A stretch of DNA of 64,000 bases from an uncultured archaeon (GTDB lineage Archaea > Asgardarchaeota > Lokiarchaeia > Sigyniarchaeales > SOKP01), in assembly GCA_964486045.1 (NCBI GenBank), contig CAZALK010000004.1, positions 32,001 to 96,000 on the forward strand. Reading direction: 5' to 3'. Of the stretch, positions 52,344 through 62,933 are shown piece by piece. How positions within the stretch are numbered: the stretch's first letter is position 1; every line of letters starts with the position of its first letter. A program made the translations under genes and the position numbers. The notes beneath the pieces were generated by a model that ran no database searches, was not told the DNA's origin, and saw nothing but the letters and a program-made list of their open reading frames with translations.

Positions 52344-53777
52344 CTATTTCAGTTTTTTTTTTTGCTTCCTTATGAGTGAAAATGTTGATACCGTAGCAAG
52401 TGCGAGAACAATGGGTAGATAATATCCCGGAACTGCAGGACTTGGAGTGGTTGGGGGATCTGGAGGGTCTGGAGGGTCTGGAGGATCTGGAGGGTCTGGA
52501 GGATCTGGGGGGTCTGGGGGTGCGTCAATCCCGAACATATTGTAATACTTATAATACGTAGATTGTTGATGCCTTATACTATTATTATATTCCCCGAATA
52601 CCCAGAAAACTTCATTAGGGAAAGTCATGGTCCCATATCCACCAACTATAATTCCAATCTCCTCGCTTGCGTTGTAAAGTTCAAGTTCCGATTTTGGAAT
52701 TTTTATTTCGAACATTCTATGATCGGACGCGTTGTTTGCGCTTGGTCCAAAGCTCCATTGAATATCGTAATTAGAAATCGAAGAGTAGGCATTCAACATA
52801 GCCCCACCAAAAGTATTGGTGTAATTATATCTTATAGTAAACTCAATGTATTCGAAATAGGTCTCGAAAGGTGCGCTATTGTTGCCAATAATACTAAATT
52901 TCATTATATGGTCGGATGATAAGTTCGCAACACCATAATCAAAAGATTCTTGAAGGAAACTCGTCCCATTATTAATTGATTTAGTTTGTTGGGGATCGTT
53001 AGTATTCATCGTTCCATCGTTGTACCAGAACACTACTTTATGGTCATCGATGGTTATGTTAGATCTGGATTTAATCAAGAGTCTCATTTCGTTTACAGCA
53101 TCAGCATAAAAATCAGAAAAAAGTGAGAACCATTCCTTGATATCTACAGAAAAATCTATTTGAGTTAAATTATCACCGACGACAGAAGCAGATGTAATAT
53201 TGAAAGTAGTTGGCCCAAAATCGAAGTTTGTGTAATCTCCTTGAGTATTGCCATGAACGGCGTTATATTCACCATCGTTATTTACATCGTAACCAGAATA
53301 TAATGAAGTTGTTTGATTTCGGAAAAATGGGAGAGGTTGATCGTTTTCTACATCGTGAAGTACTGATTCAGTGCCATTATCGAGATAAGAAGCCCAAGTT
53401 GTTAGGTCATTAAAAGATCTATTATTCACGTTCATCCAGATGGCTAGCCATTCACCTGTTGGATCCCCCGTTTGATCGCTGCACAAATCAAGGCCGACAT
53501 AAAAGTTTGTATGATCTTCACCGAGATACATATAATTGGTGCCGTCTTTATCTGGAGGATTAAAAACATCGTCAATATCCAAAGTGAAATTAATTTTCCA
53601 ATCTCGGTCTGCCCATTCTGCTTCATTAATTACTCCATCAATAACAACCGTCTGCAAAGGTGTTGTTCCACTAGTTTTAGGAACTTGTGCTGAAACACCG
53701 AACGAAAATATACTTAAACACGATAGAATTGTTAAAAAGAACAGCAATAATATCGTTTTAATTTTTCGATTTACCAT
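52344..53777 (-). CDS. Secreted, surface-anchored protein with (PPD)n linker and Loki-CTERM-like tail
   Basis: Signal peptide; IDGVINEAEW; VPGY + TM + basic tail. Confidence 0.75.
   Translation of the reverse strand: MVNRKIKTILLLFFLTILSCLSIFSFGVSAQVPKTSGTTPLQTVVIDGVINEAEWADRDWKINFTLDIDDVFNPPDKDGTNYMYLGEDHTNFYVGLDLCSDQTGDPTGEWLAIWMNVNNRSFNDLTTWASYLDNGTESVLHDVENDQPLPFFRNQTTSLYSGYDVNNDGEYNAVHGNTQGDYTNFDFGPTTFNITSASVVGDNLTQIDFSVDIKEWFSLFSDFYADAVNEMRLLIKSRSNITIDDHKVVFWYNDGTMNTNDPQQTKSINNGTSFLQESFDYGVANLSSDHIMKFSIIGNNSAPFETYFEYIEFTIRYNYTNTFGGAMLNAYSSISNYDIQWSFGPSANNASDHRMFEIKIPKSELELYNASEEIGIIVGGYGTMTFPNEVFWVFGEYNNSIRHQQSTYYKYYNMFGIDAPPDPPDPPDPPDPPDPPDPPDPPTTPSPAVPGYYLPIVLALATVSTFSLIRKQKKKLK
52455..52520. 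repeat. 9-bp coding tandem repeat (Pro-Pro-Asp)
   Basis: About 7 copies of GG(A/G)TCTGG(A/G). Confidence 0.9.
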
Positions 53778-53885
53778 TATCTTTTCATTTCAGATTTTAA
53801 ATTAGTTTAAAGATAGTATTCAATTTGTCTATATAAATTTGCTTATATTGTTAATTTCCTTTGAAATGTGTGAGATTTTTCAATA

Positions 53886-54968
53886 TTGGCTACTCTCTTT
53901 AAGAGACGTGAAATGAAATACTTATTTAGTGTAATTCACTACCCATTAGTATTTATGATTAAACCCAATGAAAAAGAGCCGGATCAGATCACTGGTAAAC
54001 TAATAACCTATCTGAGAGAGGAACTTCGTGATTCCACAATAGATTATTCCTCACCCTTAACTCAATTAAAGGGTGGGTTTGAAACTTTCATGTATTGTTT
54101 TAAACTAAAGAACGTTAAAGAAGAACTGAATCAATCACTGGTGTTAAGGTTATATCCTGAGTATTATAGTCCTGAGAGTGTGGTCTGGGAAAGCACGATA
54201 CAGAATTCTCTAGCAGACGAAGGATATCCTGTTCCCAGGACACTCATGATCTGCACTGACAAGTCGATATTGGGTGGTGTATTCTTTATTATGGAATTCT
54301 TGACAGGGGAACCCATGATGACTGCTTCTAAAAATGTACCTGAAATACTGGGAAAAAGCCACGCGACTCTTCATAGAATTGATCCAAAGCCATTGATCAA
54401 GTCTCTAAAAAAACAGGGTTTTAAAAAGAATAACTATCTTTTCAAAAAATCTTTTGATAATGATTTAAACGTTGCCAAGAAATCAGAATTACCCTGGGTT
54501 CTTGACATTGTAGAGTGGCTTATAAAGAACCGTCCACCTGAACCGAAGAGTCTCTCAATCTGCCATGGAGACTTTCACCCATATAATATTCTCATCCAGG
54601 AAGGGAAAATCTCAGGTGTGTTGGATTGGGGGGGCACTCTTATGGCTGATCCAGCTATGGATGTCGCCAATACAATTAAGCTAATCACTATCTTTCCAAA
54701 ACATCTCCCCTTAGGGCCAGGATATAAGTCTGTCGATTGGGACAAATTATCACGACAGTACTTGGATGCATACCTTTTACACTTTCCTCTAGATGATACA
54801 AAAATTGATTACTATGGGGTTGTGCGATGCTTAACAAACATCTTAGAAGGTTTAGGGGGTAATCAAGTACTACGTCACCCCCCACTTGTAAGAGATCTAC
54901 TCGAATTCATTCATAAAATCACTGGAATTCGAATACCAGAGTCATTGGAATTGGATATTAATCTATAA
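53886..54968 (+). CDS. APH/choline-kinase-like phosphotransferase
   Basis: CHGDFHPYNI...LDW; start probably ATG at 53956. Confidence 0.85.
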   Translation: MATLFKRREMKYLFSVIHYPLVFMIKPNEKEPDQITGKLITYLREELRDSTIDYSSPLTQLKGGFETFMYCFKLKNVKEELNQSLVLRLYPEYYSPESVVWESTIQNSLADEGYPVPRTLMICTDKSILGGVFFIMEFLTGEPMMTASKNVPEILGKSHATLHRIDPKPLIKSLKKQGFKKNNYLFKKSFDNDLNVAKKSELPWVLDIVEWLIKNRPPEPKSLSICHGDFHPYNILIQEGKISGVLDWGGTLMADPAMDVANTIKLITIFPKHLPLGPGYKSVDWDKLSRQYLDAYLLHFPLDDTKIDYYGVVRCLTNILEGLGGNQVLRHPPLVRDLLEFIHKITGIRIPESLELDINL

Positions 54969-55114
54969 TTTTATTAAATTAACTCAATCTGAAAAATGAA
55001 TAGAAAAAAAATATGACAATTAATCTAGTATAAATCTATTAAGAAGATAAAAAAGCATAAATATCAACAATATATCAATATGCCATAAGTATCAATTTTA
55101 TTTTTTGAAAAATC

Positions 55115-55843
55115 ATGAGTGATACTAAGAAGTCTAAAAAAACTAATATTTTTCTTATAATATTTTTGGTCATTATTATTATAATAACTATTTTATGCAT
55201 AATTTTTCCCTCGTTTGGAGCAATTTTCAACCTTGGTAATTGGTTTAATACAGGTACTTTAGGATCAGTAAATTACTGGGTTGCTATAGGATTTGTAATG
55301 TTATTATGTTTTATCGGAGCTCTGATACCTGTACCAATTCCATACATGCTTCCTGTTGCATTATTTTCCGCTGCTTGGATTGCCGATGGTAGCCTTATAG
55401 CTATTGCCTGGCTCTATATCATTGGTTTAGTATTATTCTCATCACTTGCAAATACGATTGGGGATATTGTAGATTATTATATCGGAAGAGGTGCGGAGTA
55501 TATTTTAAGTCAAGACGATCCTGAATTACAGAATAGGTGGGCTAATTTAATATTAAAACGGCCAAAAGTCATACCCTTCGTTATCGTAATTTTTGGTGTT
55601 TCTCCACTTCCCGAATCACTTCTAATGGTACCATTGGGAATGGTAAAATACGATGTTAAGAAAACATTCTTTTGGATGTTCATTGGCAAAATTCTAATGA
55701 TGCTCGTGATGGTCTTTTTAGGTCAAATATTGATAAATCTAGGATTTTTTGATGAAGGACCAGTAGGTTGGATTATAGGAATTGGAACCCTCTATTTAAT
55801 GTGGATAATAATAGTATTCATGGTAAGATATAAACCAAAATAA
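55115..55843 (+). CDS. DedA/VTT-like membrane protein
   Basis: Multiple TM; GDIVDYYIGRG, SPLP. Confidence 0.65.
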   Translation: MSDTKKSKKTNIFLIIFLVIIIIITILCIIFPSFGAIFNLGNWFNTGTLGSVNYWVAIGFVMLLCFIGALIPVPIPYMLPVALFSAAWIADGSLIAIAWLYIIGLVLFSSLANTIGDIVDYYIGRGAEYILSQDDPELQNRWANLILKRPKVIPFVIVIFGVSPLPESLLMVPLGMVKYDVKKTFFWMFIGKILMMLVMVFLGQILINLGFFDEGPVGWIIGIGTLYLMWIIIVFMVRYKPK

Positions 55844-55848
55844 GTTAG

Positions 55849-56667
55849 GTGATTGCAATGACTGACGAGAAATATACGTCTAATCACTTACTGTTTACAC
55901 AGAAGGATGCAGTAGCGATTGTGTCTATAAACAAACCACCTATGAACCCAATGAGTCTGGAGTTATTCGACGAGTTGGAAGTGCTAGTCCCGAAGCTTTC
56001 GACTGACCGAACTGTTCGCGCTATCGTGATTACGGGTGAAGGAGAGGATAATTTCTCAGTGGGTATGGACTTAAAACAGATCGCTCAGGTAGGAAACGAT
56101 CCTAAGCGCATGTTAAACATCCTAGACCAACGTGCACGAGTACTCAGCGCGATCGAGAACATTCGTAAGCCAGTAGTGGCCACGCTTTTCGGTTATTGCC
56201 TTGGAGGGGGGCTGGAACTACCACTCTCCTGTCATTTTCGCCTGGCCGCCGAGAATGGTGCAAAGATCGGTCTACCGGAGCTGGATCTAGGCACAGTGCC
56301 AGCTTGGGGAGGAAGTGCGAGATTAATTCGTTGTGTGGGTCGAATGTACGCACTTGATATGATACTACGGGCAAGAATGATTTCCGGTCAGGAAGCATTC
56401 CGGATCGGGCTGGTCAACGAAGTTGTTTCGAACGAGCAGCTTAAAGAACGTGCCTTTGACTTGGCGAAAGAGCTTTCAGAAATGCCAGCGACTGCGGTTT
56501 CTGAAATATTACGTTGTATCGTTGAATATGGGGATCAACCGTTACAGGAAGGGTTACATCAAGAACGTCAGGCGGTAATCAAAACAATGGGTACAAAGGA
56601 CAACCAAGAAGGCATAATGGCTTTCCTCCAAAAACGAAAGCCCAAATTTAATAAGCCTAACTTATAG
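55849..56667 (+). CDS. Enoyl-CoA hydratase/isomerase
   Basis: FSVGMDL, GGGLE, GLPE; GC higher than neighbours. Confidence 0.9.
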   Translation: MIAMTDEKYTSNHLLFTQKDAVAIVSINKPPMNPMSLELFDELEVLVPKLSTDRTVRAIVITGEGEDNFSVGMDLKQIAQVGNDPKRMLNILDQRARVLSAIENIRKPVVATLFGYCLGGGLELPLSCHFRLAAENGAKIGLPELDLGTVPAWGGSARLIRCVGRMYALDMILRARMISGQEAFRIGLVNEVVSNEQLKERAFDLAKELSEMPATAVSEILRCIVEYGDQPLQEGLHQERQAVIKTMGTKDNQEGIMAFLQKRKPKFNKPNL

Positions 56668-56862
56668 AATTTTGTTCTGGGACTTTTTAAAAAGAAAATT
56701 TATAGTTTAAGCTTGAATTCTATTGTCAATAATAGACCAAATTGAAAAATAAACAGAGAAAAAGCTGAGGGGAGTTTACGATACGCGAACTTTCACAAGG
56801 CTGCCTTAGGTCTTTTCATTGTAATTAAAAAAGTCTAAAAGAAGAGAAATTTTTAAAAATAT

Positions 56863-57660
56863 ATGGAAACAACAATCTATTATTTTACAGGAACAGGAAA
56901 TTCCTTGAAGGTAGCAAAAGATCTCTGCGAAAAATTAAATGGTTGCGAACTAATCCCTATTGCAAAGCAAAGGGAAATGGAAGATCTTGACTCAATCAGT
57001 GAAAAGATTGGTTTTTTCTTCCCTCTGTACTATTCTGGTTTACCTAAAATTGTCCTTGATTTTGTAAAAGAATTAGACGTCAATAAATCTAATTATTTTT
57101 TTGCTGGTGTAACAAGTGCTGAAGATCTTAACGAGTATCCCTTACAACAATTAGAGAAGATTCTGAGAGCAAAAGATAAAAGCCTTAACGCCGGACTTCT
57201 TATTAATATGCCCAACAATTTTGTTATCGGATATGATATTACTTCAGAAAAGGCTCAAATAGATTTTTTCGAAAAAGCAAAAAAAGAAATTGACGATTTC
57301 TCTGAAATTGTGAACAATGGAAAGGATAATTTAGACAGCAGCGTATTTAAAAAAGATACAGGAAGGAGTGACAAAGTTAATGATTGGTTTCAAGCAGAAG
57401 TGAATAACCTTGATAAATCCTTCCATGTTGATGATAATTGCAATAGTTGCGGTGTATGCGAAAAAGTATGTCCAGTTAAAAATATTATATTATCAGATGG
57501 AATCCCTCAATGGCAACATAAATGCCAGCATTGCCTAGCTTGTATCAATTTTTGTCCTGAAAAATCCATTCAATTTGGGGAAAAAACATTAAAAACAGGA
57601 AGATATCATCATCCTGATATAAAACTCAAGGAAATAATCAATCAGAAAAAATCATCCTGA
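56863..57660 (+). CDS. EFR1-family flavodoxin-ferredoxin
   Basis: YFTGTGNS; CNSCGVCEKVCP; CQHCLACINFCP. Confidence 0.9.
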   Translation: METTIYYFTGTGNSLKVAKDLCEKLNGCELIPIAKQREMEDLDSISEKIGFFFPLYYSGLPKIVLDFVKELDVNKSNYFFAGVTSAEDLNEYPLQQLEKILRAKDKSLNAGLLINMPNNFVIGYDITSEKAQIDFFEKAKKEIDDFSEIVNNGKDNLDSSVFKKDTGRSDKVNDWFQAEVNNLDKSFHVDDNCNSCGVCEKVCPVKNIILSDGIPQWQHKCQHCLACINFCPEKSIQFGEKTLKTGRYHHPDIKLKEIINQKKSS

Positions 57661-57673
57661 TCGATTTTTCATT

Positions 57674-57865
57674 TCAACTTTCCTGAGAATAAATTATTTT
57701 AGGAGTAGCCCTTATACGAATTGAATTGCTATCTTTTGATTGTTCTTTAATATCTAATAAGCGTTCTAAAAAATCAGTGATACTCTCTTCATCTTTTTTA
57801 CTATCTAATAATTTTTTATAAATTCTTTCGCTAATTTTTATTGTTTTTAAAGTCATAATTCTCAA
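57674..57865 (-). CDS. VapB/DUF217-like antitoxin, probably a remnant
   Basis: KTIKISERIYKKL...ESITDFLERLL. Confidence 0.55.
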   Translation of the reverse strand: MRIMTLKTIKISERIYKKLLDSKKDEESITDFLERLLDIKEQSKDSNSIRIRATPKIIYSQES

Positions 57866-58394
57866 TTGAAACTTTATAATTAGTGGATCTGTTTCAAGTC
57901 TTCTTAATTTCTTAGAATTTAATAACCAATAATAGGATCATTAGTTGCCCCATACGAGGTAGGGGACCCAAGCCCATGATCCCATGGTCCCTCTCATGTG
58001 CGGCTTCCAGAAATAAGATTATTAATCTTTCACTACAACAGAAGTGTTATGGATATATATTTCCAATTAAAAATCTCTTTAAATTAAAAAAGTGGCTTAA
58101 AGGAGTAGCCTATAATGTGGAAGTACACAATCATACTAGAAGTATTGGAATATTTTGTCATTCGAGAGAGACTCCATCTTTGAATCGAGAAGAAGAGATA
58201 AACAAACTGTTTGGAATTTTAAGTAAACATTCAAAGGAAGAGATTAAATACCCTTAAGGAACTATATTAGCATTGTGCTAATCTCGGTATTGGAATTATT
58301 ATTAGTATAATGTGTAAGATGTGGTTCCTGCCGCTGAGAAGGAGTTTTATATTAAATTAAGATAACATTAAAAATCAGTATTATACAAGATATT

Positions 58395-58841
58395 TCAGAT
58401 TTTATGTGAGATAAATTCCTCGGGTGTGTATATTTTAATACCCTTGACCCATTTAAAGTGATTTTGGTTATAGCTAATAATATTTAATCTAAGATTTTCA
58501 CACTGTGTGCCGATCAGGAAGTCTCGGAAATGATGCCTAAATGGTAGGGTGAATCTATTATCTAAAGCATTTTTAAGAACATCTTTTTGCAGGATGGTAT
58601 CCCAATTAAGAAGTATCCCGTTAAACTTCCCAATTTCTTTCAGAAAATTCTCCCATGTAATGCCATTGACGATAAAATAATACCCTACTTCAAAACTCAC
58701 AATTGTAGGAATCGAAATCTTCATCTCAGACTTAAATTGTCTTAAATAATTGATAAAGTGGAGATTGCGAAACACATTTGAATCAAGGGCAATTTTTTCG
58801 AGCAACTCTTTATCCTTGCTTATGCTTGTTTTTTGACTCAC
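58395..58841 (-). CDS. PIN-domain toxin
   Basis: IALDSNVF...FRDFLIG. Confidence 0.75.
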   Translation of the reverse strand: MSQKTSISKDKELLEKIALDSNVFRNLHFINYLRQFKSEMKISIPTIVSFEVGYYFIVNGITWENFLKEIGKFNGILLNWDTILQKDVLKNALDNRFTLPFRHHFRDFLIGTQCENLRLNIISYNQNHFKWVKGIKIYTPEEFISHKI

Positions 58842-59161
58842 GATTCCAACCCATAATCCCAGTTGTTTAACAAAATTTTGTCGAGTGAAATCCGTCCCTT
58901 TTTTAATTTTTGTTGGATAGTTTTAGTTTCAGGATCCTTTAACCATATTGCTTCTGTTGCGGCCTGAAGGATCGTTTCTATTTCTTTTTTGCCCGATTTT
59001 TCACTTGGATCTAAGTCTGAACCTTGATTAAGAATTACTTTTTTATATTGCGCAATCGCTCGTTTAATGAGTTCTCCCTGAGAGATATCTAACCAAGCTG
59101 CTAATTTTTTGATTGTTCTCCTTAAATCAGTATCAATGGCAACAGTTGTTTTAATCGTCAT
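58838..59161 (-). CDS. RHH/CopG-type antitoxin
   Basis: KTTVAID...LAAWLDISQGELIKRAI; 4-bp overlap with PIN. Confidence 0.7.
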   Translation of the reverse strand: MTIKTTVAIDTDLRRTIKKLAAWLDISQGELIKRAIAQYKKVILNQGSDLDPSEKSGKKEIETILQAATEAIWLKDPETKTIQQKLKKGRISLDKILLNNWDYGLES

Positions 59162-59463
59162 AATAATATAGAAGTTATAAGATTATATAATTATATCAAT
59201 TATATTTTTTATAAGTAAGAGTAGAATAGGTAAAACCAATCATATTATTAATTTATTAGATTGTATTAATTGTCGTTGATTATTAGGGCCGAAGTTCTCT
59301 TTTTGAAAAAATCAGAATTATATAGTAGGGATTTATTTTAAGAAAGTCAAAAAACCTAAAGGGTTTTTAAAATCACTGTAAATATATCATAATCCGTAGA
59401 TTTTTCTATTACAATAAAGAACCCATCTTAAGAAAACGAAAATTAATAAAATAGGAAAATAAA

Positions 59464-60663
59464 ATGTCTAAGGAAAAATTTGTAAGGAACAAACCTCATG
59501 TGAACATTGGAACTATTGCCTTAACAATATTTGGTATAATGTCTATAGTTTCGTTCGGAATGATGATATATATTGATATCATGGAAGAGCGAGATAGTGA
59601 TGGTGACACAATCTCAGATCTTGCAGAGGGTAATGCGGGTCATCCTTTATTCTTCGACACTTCGAATGATACTCTATCTTTTCATACATATGAGACAGGT
59701 ACGAGTAATCATGAAGTTGGTCATATTTTGGGTATTTCTCACGATGGGCTTAGTTCGCATGTAAGTGTACAATTAGGTCTGCATGATGACGTTTCCACAG
59801 CGACACCCATTCTTGACTTTAATATTAAATACGACTCTCTAATAGAGTTTTTTGACGGAAATGGAAATGGATTCTTTGACCCTGCAACAGATACGGTCAT
59901 AGGAAAAACAGCATTAAACAATATGCTACGATTAGGGTTTGGATTTGGGGTTGAAGGAGAGCCTGCTTATTATTCAAACTATTCTACTATTGATGGGGTA
60001 TTAAAAGTTGCTTTCTATACTGCTAGAGAACATGTATTACTAAGTCGTCAAGTTGGATTGTTGAGCCCCTTTGAGTTAAAATCTTCCATAACATTTACTG
60101 AATATACACGAATTACAGGCGGGACACACCTGGCTTTAAATCTTTCATTAAGTTCGAGTCATGATATAACATTTTCAGGAACAACTTTATCGGCAATATC
60201 TTCAACAGGGAACTATGAAGCGGTGTATGAATGGTATGATTGGGCAATAATAAACGGTGTTGAAACAAAAGTAAATACAACAGTGCCATCTTCTCCCATG
60301 TCTTTGAATCTTGGATCAATTTACATAAATTTCGGTGAGATAATAAACGGTACATATGATCCGAAATTATCTTGGCAAATACCAAGACCAAGTAGTTTTA
60401 ATATTACGGATCTACCTTGGTCGTATATTACAATTGGTTCTATTGGGTTAATAACGTTAGCTATGTCTGTAAAAAAGTTTAGGAAAAAACCTGGGCGAGT
60501 AACATATGAACCTATTAAATTTTCAGCAGAATCAGTGGATAAGGTTCCAAGAAAAAAGCCTGGACGAGTAACATATGAACCAATTAAATCTTCAACAGAA
60601 TCACGAGATAAGGTTCCAAGAAAAAAACCTGAGCGAGTAAAATATAGTGACATTCCTCCATAA
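59464..60663 (+). CDS. Mosaic membrane protein: EF-Tu-like N-terminal peptide, TM, metzincin-like motif, ectodomain, TM, basic repeats
   Basis: MSKEKFVRNKPHVNIGTI; HEVGHILGISH; RKKPGRVTYEPIK repeats. Confidence 0.7.
   Translation: MSKEKFVRNKPHVNIGTIALTIFGIMSIVSFGMMIYIDIMEERDSDGDTISDLAEGNAGHPLFFDTSNDTLSFHTYETGTSNHEVGHILGISHDGLSSHVSVQLGLHDDVSTATPILDFNIKYDSLIEFFDGNGNGFFDPATDTVIGKTALNNMLRLGFGFGVEGEPAYYSNYSTIDGVLKVAFYTAREHVLLSRQVGLLSPFELKSSITFTEYTRITGGTHLALNLSLSSSHDITFSGTTLSAISSTGNYEAVYEWYDWAIINGVETKVNTTVPSSPMSLNLGSIYINFGEIINGTYDPKLSWQIPRPSSFNITDLPWSYITIGSIGLITLAMSVKKFRKKPGRVTYEPIKFSAESVDKVPRKKPGRVTYEPIKSSTESRDKVPRKKPERVKYSDIPP
60481..60651 (+). repeat. 69-bp coding tandem repeat (~2.5 copies)
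   Basis: Units start at 60481, 60550 and 60619. Confidence 0.9.
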
Positions 60664-61166
60664 CCAAAAGAATCATCAAAGACAATTACTAAATCCGAAA
60701 AGAGAATTCCGAAGACTTTACGTCATAGAGATAGATAAGAAAAAAGAATCAGACCCAGGAATATCCTTATAATTAAGGGATATTAAAATGTCTCTTTATA
60801 TATTTCTAATGATATAATAAAAATCCACAAAGAGGAGAAAAAATATATTCTAAGAGGAGAATTTCTAATTTTAATTCGGTAACCGTCTCAGGAAAAAACG
60901 ATTTTTTACAAATTCCTTTAATTTCGTGAATTTAACCAAAGACAGCTACTTATGTATGAAGAAGTGCTTAATTCCAAGAAACAATTCAAGAAAATTTTTT
61001 TTTTTTCACTGAAATTTTCATCGTAATCAGACTCTGAATTTCCTTCTGCAATCCGATTTCAAAGGAAATTAAGATAAAATTTAAAAAAGCTCGAATCTTA
61101 GGTTGCAGAAAGAATTTTAAAAATCAATAAAACTATTAAAAATAATATATAGGGAGATTTTAGAAT

Positions 61167-61667
61167 ATGAGTGAAAAGCCTAAAAACACTTCAATCGGGG
61201 AAGCATTTGCATTGCAATATGATAAAATTTGGGAAATGTTGTCTGAAGCAATTGATAATGCTTCGGATGATTTATGGAAATACTCCAAAAGCACTTGGCG
61301 TTATGCGTGGAACTCATTTCACGTAGTAGAAGTAATTTTTTATTTTACCCTTGACGATCCCAAGGGGATTAGGTGGGGCGAGCGTGCAGGTATAAACTGG
61401 GAGAAAGATAGCGAAATTAGGTCTTTAGAAAAAATGAAAAAAATAACAAAGGAATTAGTTAGAGAGTTTATTGATGAGATTAGAGATAGTTGGAGTACAA
61501 AAATAAAAGAAAAATCCAATGATCATTTTTTTTCTAAGGATGATTTCGGTACCTTTGCGTCGAATTTAGAACGACACATCTATTCTATCAGGCATGCTGC
61601 ACATCATATAGGTGAGTTAAATACAGAATTACGGGATTTTAATGATAAAGCAATTGAATGGCAATAA
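61167..61667 (+). CDS. DinB-family protein
   Basis: FH...RHAAHHIGEL. Confidence 0.75.
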   Translation: MSEKPKNTSIGEAFALQYDKIWEMLSEAIDNASDDLWKYSKSTWRYAWNSFHVVEVIFYFTLDDPKGIRWGERAGINWEKDSEIRSLEKMKKITKELVREFIDEIRDSWSTKIKEKSNDHFFSKDDFGTFASNLERHIYSIRHAAHHIGELNTELRDFNDKAIEWQ

Positions 61668-61829
61668 AAAATTTGGTAGATCTCAAGGGTGATAAATACG
61701 TCATCCTTAATGATATGGTAGACTCTTTTTAGATGTCTTGAAAGCCTTATATGACATAACACATATATAATAATATAATTTCTTTTTTGAAATCATTCGA
61801 CTTGTAATAAATAGTTTTTTAGAGCTAAA

Positions 61830-62870
61830 TTGGTGAAAAAATTGGAAGATAAATACAACGAAGTCATAAAGGGGAAGAAAATGAAAGCGGTTGTATGGAC
61901 AAAATATGGTCCTCCGGAGGTTCTTCAGCTCAAAGAGGTAGAAAAACCTATTCCCAAAGACAATGAAGTCCTGATAAGAATATATGCGACAACAGTCACA
62001 AAAGGGGAGTGTGAGATTAGAGATCTCAATTTTCCTTTCTTATTTCGTTTCGTTATTCGAATAGGTTTAGGTTTCAGAAAACCAAAGAAAATAACTATAC
62101 TCGGGCAAGAGTTAGCCGGGGAAATTGAGTTAGTCGGCAAAGATGTAAAATTATTTAAGAAAGGTGACCAAGTTTTTGCTGCTACTGGTTCTAGACTTGG
62201 CGCTGATGCTGAGTATGTATGCCTGCCTGAAGAAGGAATGGTTGTACAAAAACCGACCAATATGACCTATGAGGAAGCCACCACCGTTCCTATTGGGGGG
62301 CTTACTGCATTACATCTTCTTAGAAAAGGAAATATCCAAAGCGGGGAAAAGGTTTTGATTAATGGTGCAGGTGGAAGTATAGGTACTATGGCGATACAGC
62401 TTGCAAAACTATTTGGGGCTGAAGTAACTGGTGTGGATAGCTCGAGTAAGTTGGACATGCTACGCTCTATTGGGGCAGATCATGTCATTGATTACACTCA
62501 AGAGGATTTTACCAAAAATGGTGAGACTTATGATGTTATTTTTGATGTGGTAGGTAAAAGCCTGTTATCACGTAGTAAAAGATCGCTTAACAAAAAAGGA
62601 TTCTATATTTTAGCCAACCCCAGTACTTCACAGAAGATTCGAGGCAGATGGATTGCAAAGACAAGTAGCAAAAAAGTAATATTTTGGTCAGAAAGCAAAG
62701 AGACAGAAGAATTATTATACCTTAAAGAGCTTATCGAAGCGGGAAAGATAAAAACTATCATTGATAGACAGTATCCGTTAGAACAAGTTGCCGAGGCCCA
62801 TAGTTATGTTGAATCAGGACAGAAAATAGGAAACGTAGTTATAACTGTAGGCCATTATGATAAAACCTAA
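61830..62870 (+). CDS. NAD(P)-dependent MDR-family oxidoreductase
   Basis: MKAVVWTKYGPPEVL, GAGGSIG; start probably 61881. Confidence 0.9.
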   Translation: MVKKLEDKYNEVIKGKKMKAVVWTKYGPPEVLQLKEVEKPIPKDNEVLIRIYATTVTKGECEIRDLNFPFLFRFVIRIGLGFRKPKKITILGQELAGEIELVGKDVKLFKKGDQVFAATGSRLGADAEYVCLPEEGMVVQKPTNMTYEEATTVPIGGLTALHLLRKGNIQSGEKVLINGAGGSIGTMAIQLAKLFGAEVTGVDSSSKLDMLRSIGADHVIDYTQEDFTKNGETYDVIFDVVGKSLLSRSKRSLNKKGFYILANPSTSQKIRGRWIAKTSSKKVIFWSESKETEELLYLKELIEAGKIKTIIDRQYPLEQVAEAHSYVESGQKIGNVVITVGHYDKT

Positions 62871-62933
62871 CAAGGTAACTGCACGGAATATTTTAATTAA
62901 TGAAGTAGATGGAAGAAAAAATGAAAAATACTA

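Noticed and set aside
59464-59520. Annotating the gene as tuf/EF-Tu
   Set aside because: Similarity ends after 18 residues; no GTPase motifs
3703-60663. Stop-codon recoding suggested by in-frame stops at 3703, 29926, 36961, 37243 and 60661
   Set aside because: TAA and TGA end many intact genes here and frameshift lesions are also common; pseudogenisation or sequence error is simpler
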